From Parcubacteria bacterium OLB19 (GTDB taxonomy: Bacteria; Patescibacteriota; Minisyncoccia; Phycocordibacterales; UBA918), in the NCBI GenBank assembly GCA_001567365.1, contig JZEL01000012.1, positions 1,215 through 65,214 on the forward strand: a stretch of 64,000 nt of DNA, written 5' to 3'. Shown piece by piece: positions 37,067 through 47,720 of this stretch. Positions within the stretch are counted from its first letter, which is position 1; each line of letters begins with the position of its first letter. Both the position numbers and the translations under genes were made by a program. Below the pieces are notes generated by a model. It was not told the DNA's origin and did not search any database. It saw nothing but the letters and a program-made list of their open reading frames with translations.

Positions 37067-38384
37067 CTAAACCGGTGGTAGATAATCCATTGGATCCATA
37101 TACGCCTCTGTAGCAGCTACTGGTGTACTAGCCGGTCCGCAACTTGTAACTGTCTTAATTTCGTTAAATTGACGTACAGACACACCTTTAGTTACATATA
37201 CAGTAAAATGCAGATGTGGGCCGGTTGAAAAGCCAGTGTTGCCAGTATAACCAATCACGTCGCCAGTATTAACTTTTTGACCTGGTGAGACACTAATTAC
37301 GTCCTGATGCGCATACAGGGTCGATAATCCGTTAGCATGGTCAATAAGAGTCCATTTACCCCAAGAATAGCAACCAGGTACCAAATCAGTATTACCAGTA
37401 GCGCGTACAGTGCCCGCCAGAGGCGCATAAATAGTGGTACCACGAGCAGTACCAAGGTCGATACCAGGATGATACGCTCGCCCGCCATAAGCTCCAGAAT
37501 TACGCTTAGCAAACTCTGTACCACCGAAATACTGCGTAATAATCACATTTTTAAGTGGCCAAGCAAAAACCGCTGTGCCCCGCCCTGGAATGGTATTTGG
37601 ATCTAAAATGAATTGAATTTTGGCCTCAAAATCACGCAATTCTTTTATAATTTGCTCTTTTGCTTCTTGTTTTTCCGCCAACAAACGTTGGTAATTTTTT
37701 TCTTCACTTTTAGTAACTTCTAGTAAACTACTACGCTCTTTGTGATTGTTGCTCAAAACTGTATTTTGATCTTTGTACTGATTTTGTAACGAAACTAAGT
37801 CCCCTCGTTTTTTTGTACTAGCTTCCTTTTTCTCATCCAACAATTTATGTAACGAAGTTAATTCATTCACCTTCATTGCCATACTGTTTTGTACTGATTC
37901 ATGAGCTTCTATCATCCCTAGAAGATCTGAAAAATTCTCATTTTGTAGTAAAAGTTCAACCAAACTAACATCACCGGCTTTATATTGGGCTCTAATAATT
38001 TCAGCAATAGCATCTTTGTTTTTATCAATATCACTTTCAGTACGACTAATCTCAAGAATAAGTTTGTTGATTTCCAAATCAGTTGATCCAATTAAAATTT
38101 TCTGTTTTAGAAATTTCGGCTGTTACTTTTTTTCTTTCTAAATTTAATTGATTGATAGCTTTTTGTAGTGTCTGCTTCTCTGCCCCCACCTCTTTTAATT
38201 CAGACTCGAATTTAGCAATCTCCTTTTCAATTTCCGCCAAACGGCTACCTCTATCTTTAATGTCTTGCTGTAATTTATCTAATTCTGAAGACTGAGCTTG
38301 AACATAGGCCACATGCGAGAACCACAAAACTGGTGTTAATAGCACACCTACAGAAAAAGCGATTAGCTGTTTTTTAGCATTCAC
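37067..38384 (-). CDS. EnvC-like M23 (LytM) metallopeptidase: signal peptide, coiled coil, M23 domain. It appears as two ORFs (38079..38384, 37067..38077), possibly split by an indel in an A4T4 run.
   Basis: The C-terminal domain has GPHLHFTVY (HxH) and HPGIDL. The N-terminal ORF has a signal peptide plus coiled coil. The second ORF starts only at a TTG directly after the first stop. Confidence 0.6.
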
Positions 38385-39724
38385 TCTCCTATTTTATCAC
38401 AAGCGTTTTTTATTCGCTTAAGAGTTTCTACACGACCAATAACAAAGGCAATAGTGAAAGGATCTGGTGAACGTTCTTTACCAGACAAAGCTACACGTAA
38501 CGGCCATAGCAATTCCCCCTTCCCTACTTCTTCTGCATAAAGCCATAGTGCAGACTTTATATTTTCCATACTGGAAAAATCTGCATTTTCCAACAAAGTT
38601 AAAGCTTGTTTTAGTCTCGGTAAGGCGGTTTTTACACTATCGTCATTTTTCCACTTAAGTAAGTCTGTTTCATAATCTGTCGGAGTAATAAAAGCAAAGT
38701 CATACTCCCCTGCTTTTATTTCATCAATAGCTTCTTTTCTGGTGTGTACTCTCTCCTTTATTAAGGGTAATACTCGACTAAATTCTTCAGAATTTGGATT
38801 AAAACAATATGGCAACTCAACCTCTTCTAAAGCTAAATATTTGATAAATTCATCGTCAGAATATTTTTTCAAATACTCTCGATTAAACCAATTGAATTTC
38901 TTAATATCAAAAACCGCACCATTTTTATGAATATGATCAACCGAAAAATTCTCTATCAATTCTGGTAGAGTAAACAATTCCCTATCAGTACCAGGATTCC
39001 AACCAAGTAAAGCCAAGAAGTTGATAATTGCCTCTTTAGTGTAACCCATTTCACGATATTCTTTTAGCGCCACCGCTCCGTGACGTTTAGACATTTTTGA
39101 ACGATCAGATGCCAAAATCAGAGGCAAATGAGCATAAATCGGTCTTTCTATACCAAGAGCTTCCTGAATTAGAATTTGTCGCGGTGTATTAGAAATATGA
39201 TCTTCACCACGCATTACATGAGTAACTCCCATCAAATAATCATCTACCACCACTGTAAAATGATAAAGAGCATCATCAATATTACGTGCAATCACAACAT
39301 CACCAAGTTCAGTGGTGTCAAAAGTTATATCTCCACGAACAAGGTCGTTAAAGGTAATTTTTTTATTAGGATTTTTTAATCTAATAACTTCAACCATTGT
39401 TCCTAGTACAGTCTTACTTTCTTCCTTAGAAATATAAGCATTACCATCATCAATAAGTTTCAATAAGTATTCCTTGTATATTGAAACTCGTTCTGATTGT
39501 CTTACTATTTCACCTTCATTATCCCAAGTTAAACCAAGCCAATGCAAACCATCTATGATTTCTTGCTCAAATTCTTTGGTGCTTCTAGCCTTATCTGTAT
39601 CTTCACTACGAAACAACATTTTTCCTCCGTTTTGTTTTGCTAAAAGATAGTTAAATAAAGCCGTGCGGGCAGTACCGATATGTAAATGCCCAGTCGGGCT
39701 AGGTGGTATTCTTGTGACAATCAT
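38381..39724 (-). CDS. gltX: Glutamate--tRNA ligase
   Basis: PSPTGHLHIGTARTALFNYL (HIGH) and KMSKRHG (KMSKS). Confidence 0.9.
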   Translation of the reverse strand: MIVTRIPPSPTGHLHIGTARTALFNYLLAKQNGGKMLFRSEDTDKARSTKEFEQEIIDGLHWLGLTWDNEGEIVRQSERVSIYKEYLLKLIDDGNAYISKEESKTVLGTMVEVIRLKNPNKKITFNDLVRGDITFDTTELGDVVIARNIDDALYHFTVVVDDYLMGVTHVMRGEDHISNTPRQILIQEALGIERPIYAHLPLILASDRSKMSKRHGAVALKEYREMGYTKEAIINFLALLGWNPGTDRELFTLPELIENFSVDHIHKNGAVFDIKKFNWFNREYLKKYSDDEFIKYLALEEVELPYCFNPNSEEFSRVLPLIKERVHTRKEAIDEIKAGEYDFAFITPTDYETDLLKWKNDDSVKTALPRLKQALTLLENADFSSMENIKSALWLYAEEVGKGELLWPLRVALSGKERSPDPFTIAFVIGRVETLKRIKNACDKIGE

Positions 39725-39730
39725 TTTAAT

Positions 39731-40843
39731 TTAGGATTCATGTTCTACACCGATTTGTATCAATGTAGCAGCTACTTTTTCCGCAGCGTCAGGAAGAGAG
39801 AAGCTTTTTGCAGCTAAACTCATCTTTTGCCAGCGTTCCGGTGCGCCAATAATAGTGTTAATTTCGTTAGTTAGCAAGCCCTCGGTAAGATTATGTTCCT
39901 CAATAACCGAAGCTGCTCCGGAGCGGGCATAAGCGTAGGCATTGGTTCTTTGGTCACGACTAATATCTTCTGGTATTGGAATAATAATACTAGGTCTACC
40001 ATGAAAGGCAATTTCGGATAAAGTAGTACTCCCTGCCCTAGTAATAACAAGAGAAGATGCTTCAAGTAAAGCACTCACTGTTTCTGGCGGTATAGTACCT
40101 TGAACATAATAATGTGACTGCAATTCAGAGTCCGTAATTAATGTGCGAGCTGTTAATACCAATTCATCTTTAAGAGCATTACCGGTTTGATGAAAGATTC
40201 GATAATGTGGTAAAAGTTCATCTAGAGAACGCAGAATTATATTGTTTATTCTTTCTGCTCCAGACGAACCGCCGGTGACATAGATTAATGGTAAATCATT
40301 TGGTATTCCTAATACAGACAATGGATCTTCGTATTTTTGTAAAACTGCTTGACGAAGCGGAATACCGATGAGAGCAGTTTTTTCTTTATCAAAGTATTGT
40401 GAAGCTTCAGGATATGATACAGCTATATAACGAGCAAACTTTTTAGCAATTTTATTAGCTCTTCCTGGTACAGCATCTGATTCGTGTATAACCACTGGTA
40501 TGCGCAAAAAACGCGCTGCTAAAAGTATTGGAACGCTAGTATAGCTACCCTTACTAAAAATCACATCTGGGTAAATAACATAAAGTTTCCAAACAGCCAC
40601 AATAATACCTGTGATAGTACGGAAAATATCAAAAAAATTCTGAATAGAAAAATATACTCGCAACTTACCAGCCGGACACCAAATAAATTTTATATTTAGT
40701 TTTTCTAGAGTGTTTGCTTCATAGGGTTCTGGTCCAAAATAAAATAACTCCGGCTGGTGCGGGTATTGCTTAAGCGCTTCAGCTACCGCTATAAGTGGGT
40801 AAAAATGACCACCAGTTCCTCCGCCAACAAAAGCTATTTTCAT
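39731..40843 (-). CDS. murG: UDP-N-acetylglucosamine--N-acetylmuramyl-(pentapeptide) pyrophosphoryl-undecaprenol N-acetylglucosamine transferase
   Basis: MKIAFVGGGTGGHFYPLIAVAEAL. ATG at 40843 is preferred over the longer ORF. Confidence 0.85.
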   Translation of the reverse strand: MKIAFVGGGTGGHFYPLIAVAEALKQYPHQPELFYFGPEPYEANTLEKLNIKFIWCPAGKLRVYFSIQNFFDIFRTITGIIVAVWKLYVIYPDVIFSKGSYTSVPILLAARFLRIPVVIHESDAVPGRANKIAKKFARYIAVSYPEASQYFDKEKTALIGIPLRQAVLQKYEDPLSVLGIPNDLPLIYVTGGSSGAERINNIILRSLDELLPHYRIFHQTGNALKDELVLTARTLITDSELQSHYYVQGTIPPETVSALLEASSLVITRAGSTTLSEIAFHGRPSIIIPIPEDISRDQRTNAYAYARSGAASVIEEHNLTEGLLTNEINTIIGAPERWQKMSLAAKSFSLPDAAEKVAATLIQIGVEHES

Positions 40844-40856
40844 AAAATGGATTTTA

Positions 40857-41975
40857 TCACACTCGACGATCGTGCGTACGGTACTTGGACACATTAAGTA
40901 CAATACCCAGAGTTGCTAAAGTGGCCAAAAGTGAAGTACCACCATGACTAATAAACGGTAAAGGTAACCCGGACAAAGGAAAGAGTCCGGTCATCGCTGC
41001 GATATTCAGGAATGCCTGACTTACAATCAAAGTCATAAAACCTACCACTAGTAACATCCCAAATAAATCGCTGGCCTCGGTAGCAATTTTAAAACCCCGA
41101 AAAGTAAAAAAGGCTAGAATCATAATCAGTATAAACGACCCAATAAAACCAAACTCCTCGGCATAAACAGCAAAAACAGAGTCTCCGATTGGCTCAGGTA
41201 AATATTCGAACTTTTGTATACTTTGACCATATCCCCTACCCACCAATCCTCCTGATCCGATGGCAATAAGAGACTGGTTGATTTGATATCCACTACCTAA
41301 CTGATCAGCTTCAGGATTCATAAAGACCATGACCCGATCAAGAATATATGGACGCATCGCCACCACAATCGAAACCAATAAGAGCCCAACCAAGCCTAGA
41401 ACGAGAATATGTTTCCATTTAGCTCCAGCAGTAATAAACATTGCTATACCTGCCAAAGCCATAACCAAAAATGTGTCAGTATCAGGCAAAGACAACATAA
41501 CCAATCCAGTCACACCGAGCACGCCCAAAAACGGTAACACTCCAAAACGCCAAGTATCAATTTGTCTATGTAAACCAGATAACAAAGTTGCAACATAAAT
41601 CACAAAACCAATTTTAAGAAATTCTGATGGTTGCACAGTAGTAAATCCAAGATCAAGCCAACGAGTAGCTCCACCATGGGACATACCCAAACCAGGAATA
41701 AATACTGCCAGCGTCAGAAGTAAAGTAGCAACAAAAATGTAGAATGCATACTGACGCCAATTACGATAATAGATATGACTAGTAATAAGCATAGCAATAC
41801 CGCCCCCGATAATTCCAAAAAATAATTGTCCAAAAGCCACCGAACCAAAACTAGCACCATCACGCGCTAAAAGCCCGAGCGAAGCAGAAGAAAATACAAA
41901 AAAACCGGCCACCACCAAAATACTGATTAATATTAGCAAAATTGAGTCCACAGATTTTGGCGGTTGATTCTTCAT
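40857..41975 (-). CDS. ftsW: SEDS-family cell-division protein FtsW (FtsW/RodA)
   Basis: Ten-transmembrane SEDS protein immediately upstream of murG. Confidence 0.8.
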   Translation of the reverse strand: MKNQPPKSVDSILLILISILVVAGFFVFSSASLGLLARDGASFGSVAFGQLFFGIIGGGIAMLITSHIYYRNWRQYAFYIFVATLLLTLAVFIPGLGMSHGGATRWLDLGFTTVQPSEFLKIGFVIYVATLLSGLHRQIDTWRFGVLPFLGVLGVTGLVMLSLPDTDTFLVMALAGIAMFITAGAKWKHILVLGLVGLLLVSIVVAMRPYILDRVMVFMNPEADQLGSGYQINQSLIAIGSGGLVGRGYGQSIQKFEYLPEPIGDSVFAVYAEEFGFIGSFILIMILAFFTFRGFKIATEASDLFGMLLVVGFMTLIVSQAFLNIAAMTGLFPLSGLPLPFISHGGTSLLATLATLGIVLNVSKYRTHDRRV

Positions 41976-42085
41976 GTGATTTTTTAGTATACCACTAGCC
42001 CACCGTAAAAAGTCCGAATAATTAGCAGTTTGTGTTTTTACAAAATTATGTTATAACTGGGAGCCAACAAACAAAGGAGTGTCGA

Positions 42086-42347
42086 ATGAGCTTCAAAAGA
42101 ACCGTAAACATTAAACAAAAAAAAGATACCGAAAAGGAAGCTTGATACTGAGCTTGGTACAATAATAACGTTATCTAATAAAGTAAAGATAGTTAATATT
42201 CTGAAAAGTGAAAATATTAATACAGTTCGTGATTTATTATCACACAAAGAAAATTTGCGTTTAATTCCAGGAATCAGTACAGGTACTTTAAATCACTTAA
42301 GCGAAAAGTTAACAGAACATTTAGGTTTTGAAGTTACCTATGTTTAA
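42086..42347 (+). pseudogene. Unlisted small gene for an RNA-polymerase-alpha-CTD-like helix-hairpin-helix protein (~86 aa), interrupted by a +1 frameshift at an A8 tract (42127-42134)
   Basis: Strong Shine-Dalgarno AAAGGAG 6 nt before ATG 42086. MSFKRTVNIKQKK, then a frame change into ...LSNKVKIVNILKSENINTVRDLLSHKENLRLIPGISTGTLNHLSEKLTEHLGF. Nine A instead of eight gives one ORF. Confidence 0.55.
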
Positions 42348-42397
42348 CAGCTTAAAAAAATTAAATTCAGCACTTACCGCTCGCGGTAAGTGTTTTT

Positions 42398-43459
42398 TTA
42401 CTGTAAAAAAGTGGCAAAAATCACACCTATAACAGCCACAATCATGCCGATAACCCAGTAGCGCATAGTGACTTTATAAGAAGGCCAACCCACAGCTTCG
42501 AAGTGATGATGCAAAGGAGCAATTCTAAAAAATTTCTTTCCAGTAAATCGCCTGTAAGTAATCTGAATTATATTTGAGGCCACAGTGACCACTAACAAAA
42601 AACCTATAATCGGTAACAAAACCACACCGTATCCACCTACCAATTGATCTGTCATCAATACCACCACCGCCAGAGTTAATGTTAGTGCCATAGAGCCAGT
42701 CTCGGTCATCCAGAAGCGGGCCGGCGGGATATTGAACCACAAAAAAGCCAAAATAGCGCCCGTAATCATGGCACAGAAGGCAGCTAAATCATACTGACTT
42801 TGCAGTATTGCTACTCCAGAATAAGCAGAAAAAATAATAGCAAAAACTCCTCCAGACAAACCATCAATACCATCTATTACTCCACTAGCATAGAGTGCGT
42901 TAGTTAAAAGTATAAAAAATGGAATGATTAAAATTCCTAATTCCAATGGTTCAGAAAACGGCACACCAATACTACTAACACCTAATTTTTCATAAAACCA
43001 CCAACCGATAAAAGTTGCTAAAATACTAATCAAAAGTAAACGAACCGACAACCTCACTCCTCTACCTTCATGTTGTACATCATAAAAATCATTTAAAAAA
43101 CCGATCACAGCACCAACAATCAAAGCCATTAAAGGCAACCAAGTTTGTGATCGACTAATAAAGAACACGTCGGAAAAGAATTTATTACCGCTGAAGTTAG
43201 CCAATAAAAAGAGAATTAAAATTGTCACCAACACACTTCCCCAAATAACAATACCACCCATGCGTGGAGTCTTTGTTTCACCATCACCTTTCAAGCGGTT
43301 AAACTCCACAGCCACGCGACCACCCAAAGCAGTCTTTCCTCCCTGTTTTTTCCAAACTCTGTATTTATATAAATAATGAGTAATTAGTGGCGCGATTAAA
43401 ATACCCACAATAAACGAGATAACGGCTGGTAACAAAACTTTAATAATCGCGATTTCCAT
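42398..43459 (-). CDS. mraY: Phospho-N-acetylmuramoyl-pentapeptide transferase
   Basis: Multi-transmembrane protein with DGIDGL, NAAG-like and HHHFE motifs. Confidence 0.85.
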   Translation of the reverse strand: MEIAIIKVLLPAVISFIVGILIAPLITHYLYKYRVWKKQGGKTALGGRVAVEFNRLKGDGETKTPRMGGIVIWGSVLVTILILFLLANFSGNKFFSDVFFISRSQTWLPLMALIVGAVIGFLNDFYDVQHEGRGVRLSVRLLLISILATFIGWWFYEKLGVSSIGVPFSEPLELGILIIPFFILLTNALYASGVIDGIDGLSGGVFAIIFSAYSGVAILQSQYDLAAFCAMITGAILAFLWFNIPPARFWMTETGSMALTLTLAVVVLMTDQLVGGYGVVLLPIIGFLLVVTVASNIIQITYRRFTGKKFFRIAPLHHHFEAVGWPSYKVTMRYWVIGMIVAVIGVIFATFLQ

Positions 43460-43464
43460 AATAA

Positions 43465-44487
43465 TTATTCCTTATTTATCATACTTTCCTGCACTGCTTC
43501 AATCAGCTTACTAACATCAGCAAACCTTCCGTCTATCGTTGATCCTAGTACAGTAATCACCACCGGGTGATCAAAACCAATATCAATTGTCACTGTCAAA
43601 TTACCACCAGCCAAATCAGTATAACCAGTTTTAGAACCAATTAAATTTGGAATACTTGTAAGGATATTATTGGTGTTTCTGGCATCATGAAATTCACCAT
43701 CAGTATTATAAAGTCTAGTGTGTGGTGATTTTGTAGGTTCCAAAATAGCTGGATGATTCTTAAGAATATATTCAACCAAAAATGACACATCCTTTGCCGA
43801 TCCGTAAGCGCCAGCCTCATCTGTAGAAATATCCAAACCAGTTGGATTTAAAAATTTTAGAGTATTCAAATTTAGCTCTTCTGCTCTAATATTCATACTT
43901 GCCACAAACTGCGCTACTGGATCCCTGTCTCCTAATTCAGATCCAACAGCGTCAGCCAAAGTAAAAGCCGCGCTGTTGTACGATGAAACTAAAGCAAAAT
44001 CAGCCAACTCCTTAACTGCAAAGACTTCGCCTTCGCGCAAAGAACCACCACTCTGCTGACTAGCTGCTTCTTTTGTGACTTTTACCTTTGCGTCATCAGG
44101 AAGTAGTTCGTAGGCCACGAGAGCCGTCATTAGTTTAGTAATAGAAGCTAAAGGTAAAACTTCATCCTGATTTTTTTGAAATAAAACCCTCTGTTCGTTT
44201 ACATCCCAAACAAAAGCTGATTTAGCTATAATTGAAACTGATTCGATTTTTTGGGGCACAGGACTGGTAGAGGTAGAAATTTCTGTTACCGGTAAATTCG
44301 CATTTAAAACTATTTTATCCTTATCTTTGAGACTCAAGGATTCATTAGTAAAAGCTATACCACTGAGCACACCGCCGAGCAGTAACAATATTACTATAAC
44401 CTGAATTAGAACTGGAAAATTATTTTTGGTTTTCACCTCGTTTTTAACTTCATTTGTTTCTATGATGTATGGTTCATTGTCATTCAT
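43465..44487 (-). CDS. Serine-type D-Ala-D-Ala carboxypeptidase (PBP5/6-like)
   Basis: SITK (SxxK), SYN (SxN), KTG (IGSKTGYT). Confidence 0.8.
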   Translation of the reverse strand: MNDNEPYIIETNEVKNEVKTKNNFPVLIQVIVILLLLGGVLSGIAFTNESLSLKDKDKIVLNANLPVTEISTSTSPVPQKIESVSIIAKSAFVWDVNEQRVLFQKNQDEVLPLASITKLMTALVAYELLPDDAKVKVTKEAASQQSGGSLREGEVFAVKELADFALVSSYNSAAFTLADAVGSELGDRDPVAQFVASMNIRAEELNLNTLKFLNPTGLDISTDEAGAYGSAKDVSFLVEYILKNHPAILEPTKSPHTRLYNTDGEFHDARNTNNILTSIPNLIGSKTGYTDLAGGNLTVTIDIGFDHPVVITVLGSTIDGRFADVSKLIEAVQESMINKE

Positions 44488-45053
44488 GTCTCCTTATTTG
44501 TGAAATCGGTATTAAATTGATCCAAAACGTCACTAATTCTAGCAAAATCTGGCAATTCATGCTTGTGCGTAACACCAAGATAAGCTAAAAGAGCGGGTGT
44601 AACAGAAAACTTAAAACCTCCACCAGTTTTGTCGTTTGTACGCTCAACCAAACCACGTATCAAAAGATTACGTAAAATAAAAGAAGAATTAACACCGCGA
44701 ATGCGATCTATTTCTGCTCGCGATATTGGTGCACGATATAATATAATTGCTAAGGTCTCTGCTCCCGCCTTACCGATATCCATCTTAAGTTCGTTTTTTC
44801 GCATCGCTTCGATAACTGGCGCTATTTCTGGACAGGTTACCAACTGAATCTCAGTGTCAGTTTCTACCACACGAGTTGCGCCCATTTTTAAACGTTCCTT
44901 CAAAATATTTAGCGCCTGAGTAAAATCTTCTTCAGAAATATCAAAAATCTTAATTATTGTCTGTTTCTTTTGTGGAGCAGATTTATAAAACAAAAACCCT
45001 TCAATTAGTACATCAATTGGCATGCAACAATTGTAACACAAAGAATTAGACAA
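44484..45053 (-). CDS. scpB: Segregation and condensation protein B
   Basis: Two winged-helix repeats: APISRAEIDRIRGVNSSFILRNLLIRGLVE. Confidence 0.75.
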   Translation of the reverse strand: MSNSLCYNCCMPIDVLIEGFLFYKSAPQKKQTIIKIFDISEEDFTQALNILKERLKMGATRVVETDTEIQLVTCPEIAPVIEAMRKNELKMDIGKAGAETLAIILYRAPISRAEIDRIRGVNSSFILRNLLIRGLVERTNDKTGGGFKFSVTPALLAYLGVTHKHELPDFARISDVLDQFNTDFTNKET

Positions 45054-45082
45054 AAACTATGAAGAATGTGGTTTGTAAAAAA

Positions 45083-45823
45083 CTAATAGTAAGTTGGAGT
45101 TCGACCCTGATCCAACTCTATTTCAATATCATCAAAACGTTGTACTTGAGTGATTATCAAATTTCCTTGTTTAAATAATTCTAAAATTGCCAAAAAACTA
45201 ACAATTACAGTCTTGCGTTCTGGTTCATTAGATCTAAGTTCAGAAAATCGTAAATAGGAGCTCTGCCCGATTCTTGCTTCTAATCTCTGCATCATCTCCT
45301 CAAGGGATATTACAGCTTTAATTTGTGCCTTAGCTTTATTTTCCTTTTTAGGTAGACCACTAATAACCTCAGACATAGCTTCCCGCAATTCCGAAACATC
45401 ACAATATTTATCAGGTACAAATAAAGGAGAATTAGGTGGAGTAAATTTAGGTGGATACATTACCTGTTGTCCATAAATTTCTTGCAATGAAACGGCCACA
45501 TCGCGAATAACTTGATATTGTTTTAATCTTTCTTCCAAGTCCGCTATAGAAATTTCCTCTTCTTCTGTTAATTCTAATACTGGCAATAAAGATTTTGACT
45601 TCACCAGAAGCAGAGTAGCTGCTAAAGAAATAAATTGTGCTGTATTTGGTAGTGACATTTCCTCAGATACACGTACATGTCGCATATACTCATCAGTCAC
45701 CATAGCCAGCGAGATGTCATTTATAAGAAGTTTTCGTCTTTCTACCAAATCAAGCAACAATTCCAAAGGTCCCTCAAACACCTCAGTTTTAATTGAAAAA
45801 TTTGATGACACCAGCGGTTGCAT
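45083..45823 (-). CDS. scpA: Segregation and condensation protein A
   Basis: FEGPLELLLDLVERRKLLINDISLAMVTDEYM. Confidence 0.8.
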   Translation of the reverse strand: MQPLVSSNFSIKTEVFEGPLELLLDLVERRKLLINDISLAMVTDEYMRHVRVSEEMSLPNTAQFISLAATLLLVKSKSLLPVLELTEEEEISIADLEERLKQYQVIRDVAVSLQEIYGQQVMYPPKFTPPNSPLFVPDKYCDVSELREAMSEVISGLPKKENKAKAQIKAVISLEEMMQRLEARIGQSSYLRFSELRSNEPERKTVIVSFLAILELFKQGNLIITQVQRFDDIEIELDQGRTPTYY

Positions 45824-45863
45824 ATCGTTTCAATAATAACATACTGTGATATGCAAAAAAGAA

Positions 45864-45896
45864 AAAAGGTGGGCGCGCTTCGCGCGCCCACCTTTT
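45864..45896 (-). terminator. Terminator downstream of pepA
   Basis: GGTGGGCGCGC-TTCG-GCGCGCCCACC flanked by A and T tracts. Confidence 0.65.
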
Positions 45897-45906
45897 TCAC
45901 CCAAAA

Positions 45907-47337
45907 CTAACTCTCTTCCACAAACCTCACCAAAAGCCTTACCGGCTCACCAGTTGCGCCTTTAGCTAATTTGTCGCTAGGTATACTATCCATTCTCGGT
46001 GCAATATCTATATGCGCCCACGGAACATCTTTCGGAGCAAAAAAAGACAAGAAAGTACCACCTTCTATACTACCGGCAAAACGAGAGAAATTAGTCGCAA
46101 TATTACTTATATCGGCTCTATGACTTTTTAACGAAGCTTTATATTCATCCCAAAGTGGTAAAGGCCAAACCAAATCCCCACTCTCCTCGCCAAGCTCACA
46201 CAATTTTCTACTCAAATCATTATCCTTAGTCATAATCGCACTAGCCTGCTGACCAAGCGCCACCAGCGCTGCACCAGTAAGTGTCGCTACGTCCAAAATC
46301 ACCTTAGGATTATATCTTTCGGAATAAGTAAGAGCATCCGCTAAAATCATTCTCCCCTCAGCATCCGTGTGAAGTATTTCTATAGTCTTACCGTTCATCG
46401 CTGTCACAATATCTCCCGCCCGCATTGCATCATCGGAAATAGCGTTTTCTGCTGCCGGGATTAGAGCTACGACATTTTTCTTTAATCCTAGTTTGGCCAC
46501 AGACGCTATTGCTGACAGTACAGAAGCGCCGCCAGACATATCAAGATGCATGTCGTGCATAAAACCAGACGGCTTAACATTAAGACCACCAGAATCAAAA
46601 GTAATTCCCTTACCAATTAAAACTATTGGTTTTTTATCTTCAGAAATATTCTTCCCTGCTGATTTACCGGCACCCCAATATTCGGCCACAATCATTTTAG
46701 TTTCTACTTTTGTACCTTGACCTACTGCCAAAAGAGCACCCATTTTTAATTTTTTAAGTTCTTTTTCACCCAAAACCTGCACAGAGAATTTTGCTTCTTT
46801 AGCCATTTTTTCAGATATTTCGCCAAGATGTTTGGGAGTGAGATCGCAAGCTGGAGTATTGGCAATTTCGCGTCCTTGATTTATTGTCTGACCGATTATC
46901 TCCCCGCGCTTAAAACCCGACTTTGCTTCGTTGGAAATTTCACCGAAAAACACAACCTCAGCAAAGACTTTCTTTTTATCTTTTTTGGTTTTATAGGTTT
47001 TGAATTCATAATTGGCTAAAAGAAGATTTTCAACTATAGTTGAAGCCAACCATTTTTCACCATAAGTCTGAAGCTTAGGAAAACTCATCGTTGCAAAATC
47101 AATAGCTAACTTCTCGATCTGGTGGCTTTTAGCTGCCTGTACCACAGATCTGATCAGAGTTCTAAATGTACGTGGTGTTATATCCGACCACTTACCCGCC
47201 CCCATACGATACTCAAGTCTTCCATCGGCAGTTTCTACCAGTCGATGCCAATTAGTTGAATCTTCGGTCAAAACTAATCGACAATATTTTTCTGAAATTT
47301 CTGTTAAATTTTTTGGTGAAAATGTAATTTTTAGCAT
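45907..47337 (-). CDS. pepA: Leucyl aminopeptidase (M17)
   Basis: NTDAEGR-like HTDAEGRMILADAL, plus VGKGITFDSGG. Confidence 0.85.
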   Translation of the reverse strand: MLKITFSPKNLTEISEKYCRLVLTEDSTNWHRLVETADGRLEYRMGAGKWSDITPRTFRTLIRSVVQAAKSHQIEKLAIDFATMSFPKLQTYGEKWLASTIVENLLLANYEFKTYKTKKDKKKVFAEVVFFGEISNEAKSGFKRGEIIGQTINQGREIANTPACDLTPKHLGEISEKMAKEAKFSVQVLGEKELKKLKMGALLAVGQGTKVETKMIVAEYWGAGKSAGKNISEDKKPIVLIGKGITFDSGGLNVKPSGFMHDMHLDMSGGASVLSAIASVAKLGLKKNVVALIPAAENAISDDAMRAGDIVTAMNGKTIEILHTDAEGRMILADALTYSERYNPKVILDVATLTGAALVALGQQASAIMTKDNDLSRKLCELGEESGDLVWPLPLWDEYKASLKSHRADISNIATNFSRFAGSIEGGTFLSFFAPKDVPWAHIDIAPRMDSIPSDKLAKGATGEPVRLLVRFVEES

Positions 47338-47532
47338 AATGCTTCAATTATAGCATTTTACATGGATGTTATTATAATTTGGTTTACATAAATTTAAAAA
47401 TGTTGTAGAATCAGGGATGAGTGTTTCTCTTTTTCTTACTTCTCTCCCCAGGGAAGCACTCACTACTAATTAATTGGAAGATCGTATTAAGAACACGTCA
47501 TTCCGCTACAATTAGAGATCGCGGAAATTTAG

Positions 47533-47570
47533 GTGGTTGATATTCTGTATCAACCACCATTTTATTTTTC
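47533..47570 (+). terminator. Terminator-like hairpin + U-tract within a long intergenic region (possible 3' end of a small RNA)
   Basis: GGTGGTTGATA-TTCTG-TATCAACCACC followed by ATTTTATTTTTCC. Confidence 0.45.
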
Positions 47571-47720
47571 CCCAACACCAGTGAAAATGCTTGTATTTTT
47601 TTGTAGATGTGATAACCTTCACAGTTGAAACCTGTCGTAAGACATGTGTTTCGTTCCCAAAAGGGAAAATAGTTCCTTTAAGTAGTTTTTAAATAACTTT
47701 TGAGTCTAAGGAGACACAAA

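Noticed and set aside
14147-42347. Alternative genetic code (e.g. UGA read as Gly, as in some CPR lineages) as the cause of the split genes
   Set aside because: Each split requires a reading-frame change, not read-through of a stop. Long genes such as dnaK, rpoA and res are intact under the standard code.
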